Source: Promethearchaeota archaeon
GTDB lineage: Archaea; Asgardarchaeota; Heimdallarchaeia; Hodarchaeales; Hodarchaeaceae
Direction: 5' to 3'
NCBI GenBank assembly: GCA_048938105.1
Contig: JBHLMN010000002.1
Span: 64,001 to 128,000 of the forward strand
Length of the DNA stretch: 64,000 nucleotides
A model generated the notes under the pieces. The model worked only from the letters and a program-made list of their open reading frames with translations. It was not told the origin of the DNA and made no database searches. Position numbers and translations under genes: made by a program. Of the stretch, positions 29,619 through 38,055 are shown piece after piece; the first letter of the stretch is position 1, and each line of letters starts with the position of its first letter.

Positions 29619-29798
29619 GGAATAAGTCCTCTTTTAGATGTAAAGAAGAGAAATCATACAGTACGTCTTGTATCGTTTGTCCTTCATGGAAGAAAATAGA
29701 TTTACATGATTTCAATTTTTGCCAAAATAGATACAATCCTCTTCCTGGAGTACGTATTACTAGAACTAGCAACATCTTACCTAGAAAAGAGTTGAGAA

Positions 29799-30092
29799 TT
29801 GATGAAAACACGGAGAGAAAAGATTATCGAGCTTCTTTCAAAGCATGAAGAAATGACTTTGTTAGAATTAGCTGATTTAACAAATGTTCCTGTAAAAGTT
29901 ATAGTTCAGGATTTAGATTCAGTCAGAAAAACAATTCGTTCCGAAAAAAAACGAATAGAAGTACGCCCTGCAATTTGTATGAATTGTAACTATACTTTTT
30001 CTGGTAGATCTCGAATATCTGATCCTCATAAGTGTCCTGAGTGTCATTCCGAGAGGATTTTACCACAAAAATTCCGAATTGCCTCTTCTTAA
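29799..30092 (+). CDS. Archaeal HTH + Zn-ribbon transcriptional regulator (COG3357-like)
   Basis: TRREKIIELL HTH, then PAICMNCNY...PHKCPECHSERI. Confidence 0.88.
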   Translation: MMKTRREKIIELLSKHEEMTLLELADLTNVPVKVIVQDLDSVRKTIRSEKKRIEVRPAICMNCNYTFSGRSRISDPHKCPECHSERILPQKFRIASS

Positions 30093-30160
30093 CCTTATAA
30101 CTGAAGTTAATGTCTTGAGGAAGTGTACACTCTAACCTTATCCTTTTTCTGGGCTTAAAT

Positions 30161-30658
30161 CTAATCTGAAGTGGGTTGGTAGTTTCCCTTGTAAACCGTC
30201 TTATCATCGACTGCACTGATAAAAATCATCTGAGCAATAGCGACAGAAAGATGGATTTGAAAAGGGAGAGAAGTATGTAATAAAATCCGTCCATGATTGT
30301 CACCCACTCCCTGAAAACCTTTATCCCATATTCCAGAAAATACTGTTGCTCCCATCCGAATCAGAGTTGAACGAGGCGCAACAAATCCAATGGCATTTTT
30401 AGGAATCATGATTTCCTCCGCTACCTCAACAAGGTAAGATCCAGGGACTAAGTGCCAAAAATTATCATGAGGCATTAATTCAATGAGCTTTGGATATTGA
30501 CGATTTTCTTTCGTAGAAGTCAACCTGACTTTCCTAGTTAATTGAAATAGTCGTCCAATTGATATATCAATACCATTAGGCTGGACATCTCCGTGTGGTA
30601 TACATTTCTGCATTTCTGAGCCTGGCCAGACTGCTGGCCGTAAGTCTTTCCAGTTCAT
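30161..30658 (-). CDS. dUTPase / dCTP deaminase family protein
   Basis: VQPNGIDI, PRSTLIRMG, WDKGFQG, AQMIF and YKGNYQ. Confidence 0.88.
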   Translation of the reverse strand: MNWKDLRPAVWPGSEMQKCIPHGDVQPNGIDISIGRLFQLTRKVRLTSTKENRQYPKLIELMPHDNFWHLVPGSYLVEVAEEIMIPKNAIGFVAPRSTLIRMGATVFSGIWDKGFQGVGDNHGRILLHTSLPFQIHLSVAIAQMIFISAVDDKTVYKGNYQPTSD

Positions 30659-30800
30659 ATTGTATTACGATCCTTATTATGTTGATAGTCTCTTACAATC
30701 CAATAATTGAAAGGATTATAAAGCAATTTTGGAAGCAAACAGAAATACATTAAAAGAAGAGATAAACTGCTGAAAAAAAAACTAAGGATAGTCATGAGCT

Positions 30801-31454
30801 ATGGCAAATCGAAAGTGGCATTTAATAACTGCAATAATCATATTTCTTATTTATATCGTGATCTACTGGTTTGTTGATACGAATTATATATCAGAACTAA
30901 TAGACATTTCACCATTATGGGTGGTTACCGCCTTTCTAATGACATTAGTTGGAGCTGAAGCTCCTGATTGGGATTTACTTCTGAACTGGATGCATCATCG
31001 GGATATAGCTACTCATAGCATATTCATTCCCCTATTTATTACTATCACATTTCTCATCCAGAAATTTATGGCTATTCCTGATGATCAGAGCCTTATATTA
31101 GCACTAGTTTTCACACCATTTTTACTAGGATTTGCTTCTCATTTATTACTAGATCTATTTCCAAATGTCGATCCTGAAAAGGAAGTAAAGGAAAAAGGAG
31201 TGACCCGTACAACTGCAATGTTAGTAGGTGGTTTTGTTTCTGGACTTACTGGAGTAGAGACCATCAAAGCACTTAAAGGGACATATCTCATCCATCTACC
31301 CTTTAAAATGCCTGTTAAAAGTGAAAAAGAAAGGGAGGCTTGGGAAATGAGGAGGACACTACCGTTACACGCGTCTAGATGGTGGTTGTTCTTTAATGGA
31401 CTAATAACTGGTGTTTTAGGGGTTCTTCTACTTATAATACTGCAATGGGGATGA
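30801..31454 (+). CDS. Membrane-bound metal-dependent hydrolase (YdjM/DUF457-like)
   Basis: H...PDWD...HRDIATHS...SHLLLD motifs within TM helices. Confidence 0.75.
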   Translation: MANRKWHLITAIIIFLIYIVIYWFVDTNYISELIDISPLWVVTAFLMTLVGAEAPDWDLLLNWMHHRDIATHSIFIPLFITITFLIQKFMAIPDDQSLILALVFTPFLLGFASHLLLDLFPNVDPEKEVKEKGVTRTTAMLVGGFVSGLTGVETIKALKGTYLIHLPFKMPVKSEKEREAWEMRRTLPLHASRWWLFFNGLITGVLGVLLLIILQWG

Positions 31455-31501
31455 AATCCATTATCTCTTCTTTCTTGTCGATTTAAATAATGATAGCCGT
31501 C

Positions 31502-32701
31502 TTAGGATCCAAGGATTTTTTTGATTATTCCTAGAGCCCAGTCTAATTCCTCTTTTGTGATAACAAGAGGAGGAGCAAATCGAATAGTAAAGTCGTGGGT
31601 TTCTTTAGCTAATATTCCTTCCTCAATAAGTTTTTCTGTGAGTGGCCGTGCTTTTTCATGTAGTTCCACAGCTGTGAATAATCCCTTTCCTCTAACTTCT
31701 TTAATACGTGAATGGTTGATTTTCTTCAGTTCTTCAAGAAAATATGTACCTAATTCTGCTGATCGTTCAGCTAGCTTCTCCTCTACTAGAACATCTAGCG
31801 CAGCATCTCCAACTGCACAAGCTAAAGGAAAACCACCAAATGTAGAACCGTGAGATCCAGGAATAAAGACTCTCATAATTTCCTTTCGGGAAACGACAGC
31901 AGAAACGGGAAGTAATCCTCCTCCCAATGCTTTACCTAAAGTCATAACATCAGGAATAATCCCTTCATGTTGATGGCAAAACATTTTTCCAGTCCGACCG
32001 AATCCAGTCTGTATTTCATCAAGTACTAGGAGGACATTATTCTTAGAACAGATTTCTCGAACCTTCTTCAAATATCCTTCTGAGGGGACAATGACCCCTG
32101 CTTCTCCTTGGATGGGTTCAACTAAGAATGCAACGGTGTTAGGAGTAATTGCTTCCTCTAAAGCTACAGGATCATTGAAAGGAATAATTTTGAACCCAGG
32201 AGTGAAAGGACCAAAGTTTGTATTGGCAAGAGGATCAGTAGAAAAACCTACAATGGTTGTTGTCCTACCATGGAAATTGTTAGCACATACAATTATCTCT
32301 GCCTTGTCTTGCTCAACTTTTTTAACCTCATAACCCCAACGCCGAACCATCTTTATGGCAGTCTCAACAGCCTCGGCACCAGTGTTCATAGGAAGTGCCA
32401 TGTCGAATCCTTCCCCACAAACATCAAGTAAATGCTTCAAATAAAGCCCCATCCGATCATTATGAAAGGCACGAGATGTTAATGCCACGCGATCAAGTTG
32501 ATCAATCAGTGCCTTTACAATCTTAGGGTGTACATGGCCTTGATTAACGGCCGAATAAGCAGATAAGCAATCTAAGTACTTTTTTCCTTCAGGATCGTAT
32601 ACCCAGACACCTTGAGCTTTCGCTATAACAACAGGAATGGGATGATAATTATGAGCACCGTATTTAGAGTCAATTTTCATATATTCCTTTGAGCTAGTCA
32701 A
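31502..32701 (-). CDS. rocD: Ornithine--oxo-acid aminotransferase
   Basis: [44 protein letters not shown] lysine in [15 protein letters not shown]. Confidence 0.95.
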   Translation of the reverse strand: MTSSKEYMKIDSKYGAHNYHPIPVVIAKAQGVWVYDPEGKKYLDCLSAYSAVNQGHVHPKIVKALIDQLDRVALTSRAFHNDRMGLYLKHLLDVCGEGFDMALPMNTGAEAVETAIKMVRRWGYEVKKVEQDKAEIIVCANNFHGRTTTIVGFSTDPLANTNFGPFTPGFKIIPFNDPVALEEAITPNTVAFLVEPIQGEAGVIVPSEGYLKKVREICSKNNVLLVLDEIQTGFGRTGKMFCHQHEGIIPDVMTLGKALGGGLLPVSAVVSRKEIMRVFIPGSHGSTFGGFPLACAVGDAALDVLVEEKLAERSAELGTYFLEELKKINHSRIKEVRGKGLFTAVELHEKARPLTEKLIEEGILAKETHDFTIRFAPPLVITKEELDWALGIIKKILGS

Positions 32702-32941
32702 TTCTAGAACCTCACAAATTCACTAAACAAAGTATAACCTCTATTTATCATGTAATAACAAGAAGTAAATAAAATTTACTACAATTACAATTATATATGA
32801 AAAGAGATCAACACAATGTACTTATAATTCAATTATTCCGAAGGTATTCAAGTTGATAATATTATATATTATCGATTAATACTATTGAATTTTTATATTA
32901 TTATTCTATTTTATATTCTGAATTAGGAGGTGTTCACAATC

Positions 32942-33637
32942 ATGTCTACTCCTATTGAAAAGTTATTTTCATTACCAATAGAAAAAAATGAAATAGCTTT
33001 CATCTTTTTTGGTTATTCAAGTATCGTGTTTAGAACGACAGACAAAGCCATTGCCGTTGATATGTGTCAAATGTCTTTAGATAGCAATGATCAGATAAAA
33101 GCTTTAAAGAACCTTGACTTACAATTAAATACCCATACCCATAGAGATCATTTTGATGCTGAGACAACTTCAAAGATTTTCGAGGTATCTGGGGCTTTAA
33201 TTATCGCGGATTCTCAGGTAGCCAGAGAATTAGAAACAAAGGTTCCTGCTGATAAAGTGAAAGCTTTAACATCAACTGAATCATTATCCATTGATAATCT
33301 TAGAATTACGGCTGTTAGTGGTGTCCATCCTGGGTCAATAACCCTTTTCAGGATGAAGTGGCCTGATTTTAGTGTTTTTCATGGGGGTGACTCCGGATAT
33401 ATTTCATTGGAGGATTATTCTGCAGATCTAGCTTTTCTTCCCACTGGTGCCCCTTCTCCGAGCTGTTCTCCAGAAAATGCACTCAAGATGACTTTGGATA
33501 TCAGACCGAAAGCTGTTGTAACGATGCATGGTAACCAAAACGAAATGCAGAAGTTTAAGGCCTTGGCAATAAAAGAAATGCCTGACTTAAATGTGGTAAT
33601 CCCTAAAAAGAAGGAACTGATGAAAATTACTCTGTAA
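32942..33637 (+). CDS. Metallo-beta-lactamase-fold hydrolase
   Basis: THTHRDH, GVH, HGGDS and TMH. ATG 32942 follows GGAGGTG. Confidence 0.88.
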   Translation: MSTPIEKLFSLPIEKNEIAFIFFGYSSIVFRTTDKAIAVDMCQMSLDSNDQIKALKNLDLQLNTHTHRDHFDAETTSKIFEVSGALIIADSQVARELETKVPADKVKALTSTESLSIDNLRITAVSGVHPGSITLFRMKWPDFSVFHGGDSGYISLEDYSADLAFLPTGAPSPSCSPENALKMTLDIRPKAVVTMHGNQNEMQKFKALAIKEMPDLNVVIPKKKELMKITL

Positions 33638-33701
33638 TAGGAGCTTCTTCAAAGAATTCTCCTGGGTTCAGAGTAATTAACATGCTTGAATGTGGTGATA
33701 A

Positions 33702-34895
33702 CTAATAGAATGAGGGATCTCGTTCTTGTACACCCTTTGGGGGCTCAGCTTTCATTGTTTCTTCTGGAGGTAAGACCTCAATTAGCTCGTACTTATCTGT
33801 CCCTAATCCAAGTTCTTTCGCGAATTCAACAGCTAAATATGGACTCTTCATTCGCCCATGAAGGCGTTGGAATGGATGAAGGTTCACATTAGGGTCTAAA
33901 TTAGCATGCTTAAAATGTGGGGGGATGTTTTTCTCAATAAGTCCTTCTTGTGCAATAAGATCAAGAGCTGCTGTTTCAATCGCTACTATGTCTCTACTGC
34001 CTAAGACTCCTAAATCATTTACAACACAAGGTTGTGCAAAACCCCAACAATCGCATAGAGCGGTAATTTCAAGTAGGAAACTTATGAAAAATATCTTATT
34101 ATCGCTAAATGTATTCAAAACCTGTTTAGCAGCTATTGCTAACAATTCTTGAAAAGCTGAAAAATGCTCTTGCCGATATTCTAAACATCCAACCTCTTTA
34201 TCCGCTTCTAAACACTCATCGCATTGATTACACATATCAAAGGGAAAAGTGAGTTTGTGCTTTTCTTCATCGTACTTTATTTGTTTGTAAGGGCATGAGA
34301 GAACCAATGTCTTAGCATGTTCAGGAGAGCATTTTTCAGGATCCCAATAAGGAATGTATTGTTCTACGCCATGGATCTTATTCCAACGGGTTTGCGCTGC
34401 ATATCCCCCGACAGCGATGTTTTTTATGGCTCCTCCAAATCCACACGAGTTATGGCCTTTGATGTGACTCACATCAACTAGTACATCTGCATCATGTAAG
34501 ACCCCAGCCATGTCCATTGTATCTACATTTTTGTAATCAACACGTTTCTCAACAGTATAACCATCTTTCACCCCACTAATAGGAATGATTGGACATCCAC
34601 AGGTTTCTTGTGTATAGCCACGATCGACAGCATTATAAACTGCTGTTGGGTTATCAGTAATAAATGGCCATCCCCCAGCCTGTTTGATTGCTTTTACAAT
34701 ACGGCGAATAAAAAAAACTGGAACTGTTTGATAGACATCTTGGAACCCAAGGTGCATTTTGATAGCAACCTTATCGTGTTTTTCAATTGTTGATAAATCA
34801 AGTAATTCAACAATTTTGTCCACTTTCGCGGCGAAAGTAGCAAATTTCTGATTTGTGCCATGTTGTAAAGAACCGTAATAGACTTTAGCAGACAT
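33702..34895 (-). CDS. DUF362 Fe-S cluster protein
   Basis: VAIKMHLG, SHIKGH..GFGGAIKNIA.G, an internal ferredoxin-like Cys cluster, CDC, and D.VAIETA. Confidence 0.88.
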   Translation of the reverse strand: MSAKVYYGSLQHGTNQKFATFAAKVDKIVELLDLSTIEKHDKVAIKMHLGFQDVYQTVPVFFIRRIVKAIKQAGGWPFITDNPTAVYNAVDRGYTQETCGCPIIPISGVKDGYTVEKRVDYKNVDTMDMAGVLHDADVLVDVSHIKGHNSCGFGGAIKNIAVGGYAAQTRWNKIHGVEQYIPYWDPEKCSPEHAKTLVLSCPYKQIKYDEEKHKLTFPFDMCNQCDECLEADKEVGCLEYRQEHFSAFQELLAIAAKQVLNTFSDNKIFFISFLLEITALCDCWGFAQPCVVNDLGVLGSRDIVAIETAALDLIAQEGLIEKNIPPHFKHANLDPNVNLHPFQRLHGRMKSPYLAVEFAKELGLGTDKYELIEVLPPEETMKAEPPKGVQERDPSFY

Positions 34896-35047
34896 TTTTT
34901 TTCTTTCCTAATGTTTTTTGTCGTAATTCACTTTTTACTTTTTAAATTTGACTAATTTGGCATATTATGCGCAATAATTGTAGTTATAATTGATCTATGA
35001 TTAAAATTGGATATTTAATTCCTTTTTAGAGGTTAAAAAGCTTATAA

Positions 35048-35512
35048 TTAGACATTAAAATTCAGAATTTGATTTTGCTTAATTTTTTTCAGAGTAATCG
35101 AAGTATAGGTTTTATTTACCCCGGGAATTGTTGATATCTTTCTTTCAACAATATTGTGTAGATTTTCAATATTCTGGGCATTCCCTATACATAAAATATC
35201 ATGGATCCCTGTGGTTATTTTAATTATATGTATTTCATCGATTTGTTTTAGTACAGTAAGTACATCATCCATTACGCTAGCGTTGATATCTAATTCACAA
35301 ATAAATTCAATTGGATAGTTCACTTTTACAGGATCCACATCAATTGTGAATCTGGTTATTATGTCTTTGTCCTTTAGTTTTTTTACACGATCTGAAATAG
35401 TTTGTGCCGTGACTCCACACTCATTAGCTATATTCTCGTACGATTCTTTTCCATTCTTACTTAATACACGAATTATCGTCTCGTCAATATTATCTAATGT
35501 TGTAGTAACCAT
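35048..35512 (-). CDS. Lrp/AsnC family transcriptional regulator
   Basis: LDNIDETIIRVL..NGKES..IA..GVT.QTISDRVKKL HTH, followed by a RAM domain (TGIHD). Confidence 0.92.
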   Translation of the reverse strand: MVTTTLDNIDETIIRVLSKNGKESYENIANECGVTAQTISDRVKKLKDKDIITRFTIDVDPVKVNYPIEFICELDINASVMDDVLTVLKQIDEIHIIKITTGIHDILCIGNAQNIENLHNIVERKISTIPGVNKTYTSITLKKIKQNQILNFNV

Positions 35513-35550
35513 TTTACTGAACTCCCTGAATCGAATTAGGATAAATTAAC

Positions 35551-36390
35551 TTAGCTAGATACGGATTGTCTATTTAATCTCCAAAGTAACCAGTAGCGAT
35601 GTGCTATACTTGCAGGGAGGAGAGCTGGTAATAAGACCAAGAATCCTAATACAATAAAAGAGCTAGAAATTTGATTAATTTCCAGGAATTGAAGGAAAAA
35701 ATAAATTCCAATTGCAAATAGAGTATACACACCAACGAAGACGATATAATCAGCTAAAGTATCAAAAGCGCCTTTAGCAAACCCAAAGAGTCCATTTATT
35801 ACAAGTAAAAATAATTCAGCTATTCCTTGTATCATGAGAGATATGAATTCAAAAAAGCCACGAAAGATTGCTATTGCTGTTGTAGTTCCTCCTTTAATCA
35901 CGGATCGTGCACCTGCAAATATAGCATCAAGTCCAAGGTATGCTCCAGGGATTGCAATAAGAATCGCATAGAGGAATAACAAAATTATAGCCAATATTTC
36001 ATTGAAATCTGTAAATATAATTAACGCACCAATGAGTAATGCAAAGGGAGCTATAAGAATTGAAAAACTTACAAGTCCATCAATTCCAGGATTCATTTCC
36101 TTTTTATCAGGATTACGTGAGAAAAATTGAACTGTACGGTTTGCTTGCGTATAGGTCTTTGTTGGACGGGCACGACGAGTGAAGTGAACAACTGACTCGT
36201 TCTTTGGTCGTTCTGTAGGTTTTACTACAATATTTCCAACATCAAATTCTTTGAATTCATCTCTAGCTATTTTTCCTGCTTTTCTAATCTCTCTATCAAT
36301 AATATGTCCAGCATCAACCGCTTTTTTCCCTAAAAATCTCCCTAACTTTTTTGTGGCACTTTCTTTTTTCTCGTTCATTGCGGTATTCAT
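35551..36390 (-). CDS. Membrane hypothetical protein
   Basis: Basic N-terminus followed by 4-5 hydrophobic segments. Confidence 0.75.
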   Translation of the reverse strand: MNTAMNEKKESATKKLGRFLGKKAVDAGHIIDREIRKAGKIARDEFKEFDVGNIVVKPTERPKNESVVHFTRRARPTKTYTQANRTVQFFSRNPDKKEMNPGIDGLVSFSILIAPFALLIGALIIFTDFNEILAIILLFLYAILIAIPGAYLGLDAIFAGARSVIKGGTTTAIAIFRGFFEFISLMIQGIAELFLLVINGLFGFAKGAFDTLADYIVFVGVYTLFAIGIYFFLQFLEINQISSSFIVLGFLVLLPALLPASIAHRYWLLWRLNRQSVSS

Positions 36391-36776
36391 CCTCCAAGAT
36401 TAAAATAAGTAACGATTTTTCTTGTTTTTAAGCATTCTTTTTGCGTTAGCTTAATTCTATTGTCGAACTAAAAAAATGAAAATAAGAAAAAAAGATTATA
36501 GGGGTGGAACTATACTTCAATCAATCGCTTTGAGAAAGAAAAATTTAAAATAATGAGAAGTACCATTTATCAGTTCAAACAGGCTTTTGATGGTTTTCCT
36601 AAATAATTCTTTTAATCCTGTGAAAAATGAACCTTTTTTAGTTTTTCAAAAGTTCTTAAAGTGAATCCACATGATCAGGATGTTAAAGAACAGTATATTG
36701 AGGCTAATCATCGTATCAGGAGTTATTATTAGTATTTTAGTAATAGAATACAAGAGTTTATGGCTTTTATCATTGA

Positions 36777-37634
36777 ATGGTTCAACACTCAATTCCTTGG
36801 GTGCTTTTTATAGCTCAAAATCTAAAAGATTTTTGTGAACTAGAGTTATATAAGATGACAAGTCAAAAGAAAGTACAAAAATCACAAAAGAATATTTTAT
36901 CTTTTGGTAGAGATATACGGAGCCAACAATTGGCGTTTTTTTCTAAAGCTCTAGTTGAATGGTTTGTACAGAACGGTCGTGATTTACCTTGGCGCCGTAC
37001 TCGAGATCCTTACAAAATCCTTGTAAGTGAAATCATGCTTCAACAGACTAATGTAGAAATTGTCATTCCAATATACAAAAGATTCTTGCATAAGTTCCAA
37101 ACTATTCAAGATTTAGCTCATTCTCCTCTCAAAGAGATTAAAGAAATCACTGATCAATTAGGATACAAACGAAGAGGTGAATACTTGCATGAGATTGCTA
37201 AGCAAATTACAGTTGAAAGAAATGGACAGTTTCCAAGTAACTTGGATGACCTTTTAACCCTCAAAGGTATTGGCCGCTATACTGCAGGCGCAATTCTTAG
37301 TTTTGCTTTTGAGAAGGAGGATAGAACTGCTGCGATTGTTGATGTAAATGTAGAACGTGTCCTGGGCCGTATTTTTGGTTTATGGAAGTGGGAAAAGAAT
37401 GCAACGTTTGAGAAAGAGATTTGGAAGCTTTCTGAACTAATTATTTCCAAAGGGAATGTTTGGTCAATTAATCAGGGCATTTTAGATCTGGGGGCAATGA
37501 TTTGCACAGCACAGAAGCCAAAATGTTCGTTATGCCCAATGACTGAGATATGTGAATATTACAAAATTGAGGTACCGAAGATAGTTCCACTGGATTCATT
37601 TTTTCCTATTGATCATCAGGAAAAAAACCAATAA
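36777..37634 (+). CDS. mutY: A/G-specific adenine glycosylase, short MutY-type (HhH-GPD, [4Fe-4S])
   Basis: RDLPWRRTRDPYKILVSEIMLQQT, LKGIGRYTA, VDVNVERV and C-x6-C-x2-C-x5-C. No C-terminal Nudix-like domain. The start may be ATG 36856. Confidence 0.85.
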   Translation: MVQHSIPWVLFIAQNLKDFCELELYKMTSQKKVQKSQKNILSFGRDIRSQQLAFFSKALVEWFVQNGRDLPWRRTRDPYKILVSEIMLQQTNVEIVIPIYKRFLHKFQTIQDLAHSPLKEIKEITDQLGYKRRGEYLHEIAKQITVERNGQFPSNLDDLLTLKGIGRYTAGAILSFAFEKEDRTAAIVDVNVERVLGRIFGLWKWEKNATFEKEIWKLSELIISKGNVWSINQGILDLGAMICTAQKPKCSLCPMTEICEYYKIEVPKIVPLDSFFPIDHQEKNQ

Positions 37635-37789
37635 AGAGAAAAATACCTTTTTCTAAATTGTCAGTATAATTATGAGGAGATGTTAAATTTAATAAATTTT
37701 CATAGTCAAATAATCACCTCAGATTTATTTAACCCTGTAAATGAAAACGTTTTTAAGAAAAAATCGGAGAATAAATCATTAGAACCTAT

Positions 37790-38045
37790 GACTAAGACGG
37801 GTCTAGTCCCAACGGGTGCAAAACCTCGCTTTTCGCATTCGTCCCATTAATGGGAAATGGTCAGGCAAGCAAATAATTTTGGTCTAGACATCCCAACCGA
37901 ATCATTGCAAGTCATGATTGAAAAAGGAGACATATTAACACGCACTCCTGAAAAGTTATCTGGCAGATGGACAGGATAGAGGGCATAGGGTTATGCCCCA
38001 TATGATGGAGGCTAGCATCGGTAACGAGCTAGTTGATGACCTCAT
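37790..38045 (+). ncRNA. Candidate structured non-coding RNA or long leader RNA of unknown family
   Basis: About 45% GC by hand count, against ~24% in the preceding 150 nt. No long ORF, at least six hairpins, one capped by a GNRA (GTAA) loop. Confidence 0.55.
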
Positions 38046-38055
38046 GTGAACACAA

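Noticed and set aside
36500-36732. TPR-like fragment (KVLKVNPHDQDV) upstream of mutY
   Set aside because: Too short and interrupted to call.
37790-38045. Identity as SRP RNA, RNase P RNA, SAM-I riboswitch, group I/II intron or CRISPR
   Set aside because: Only fragments resemble these (GGGTGCAA, GTCAGG, TTATC, GAGGG..GCCC). The SRP helix-8 motif, the RNase P GAGGAAAGUCC, the ordered SAM-I core, domain V and regularly spaced repeats are all missing.
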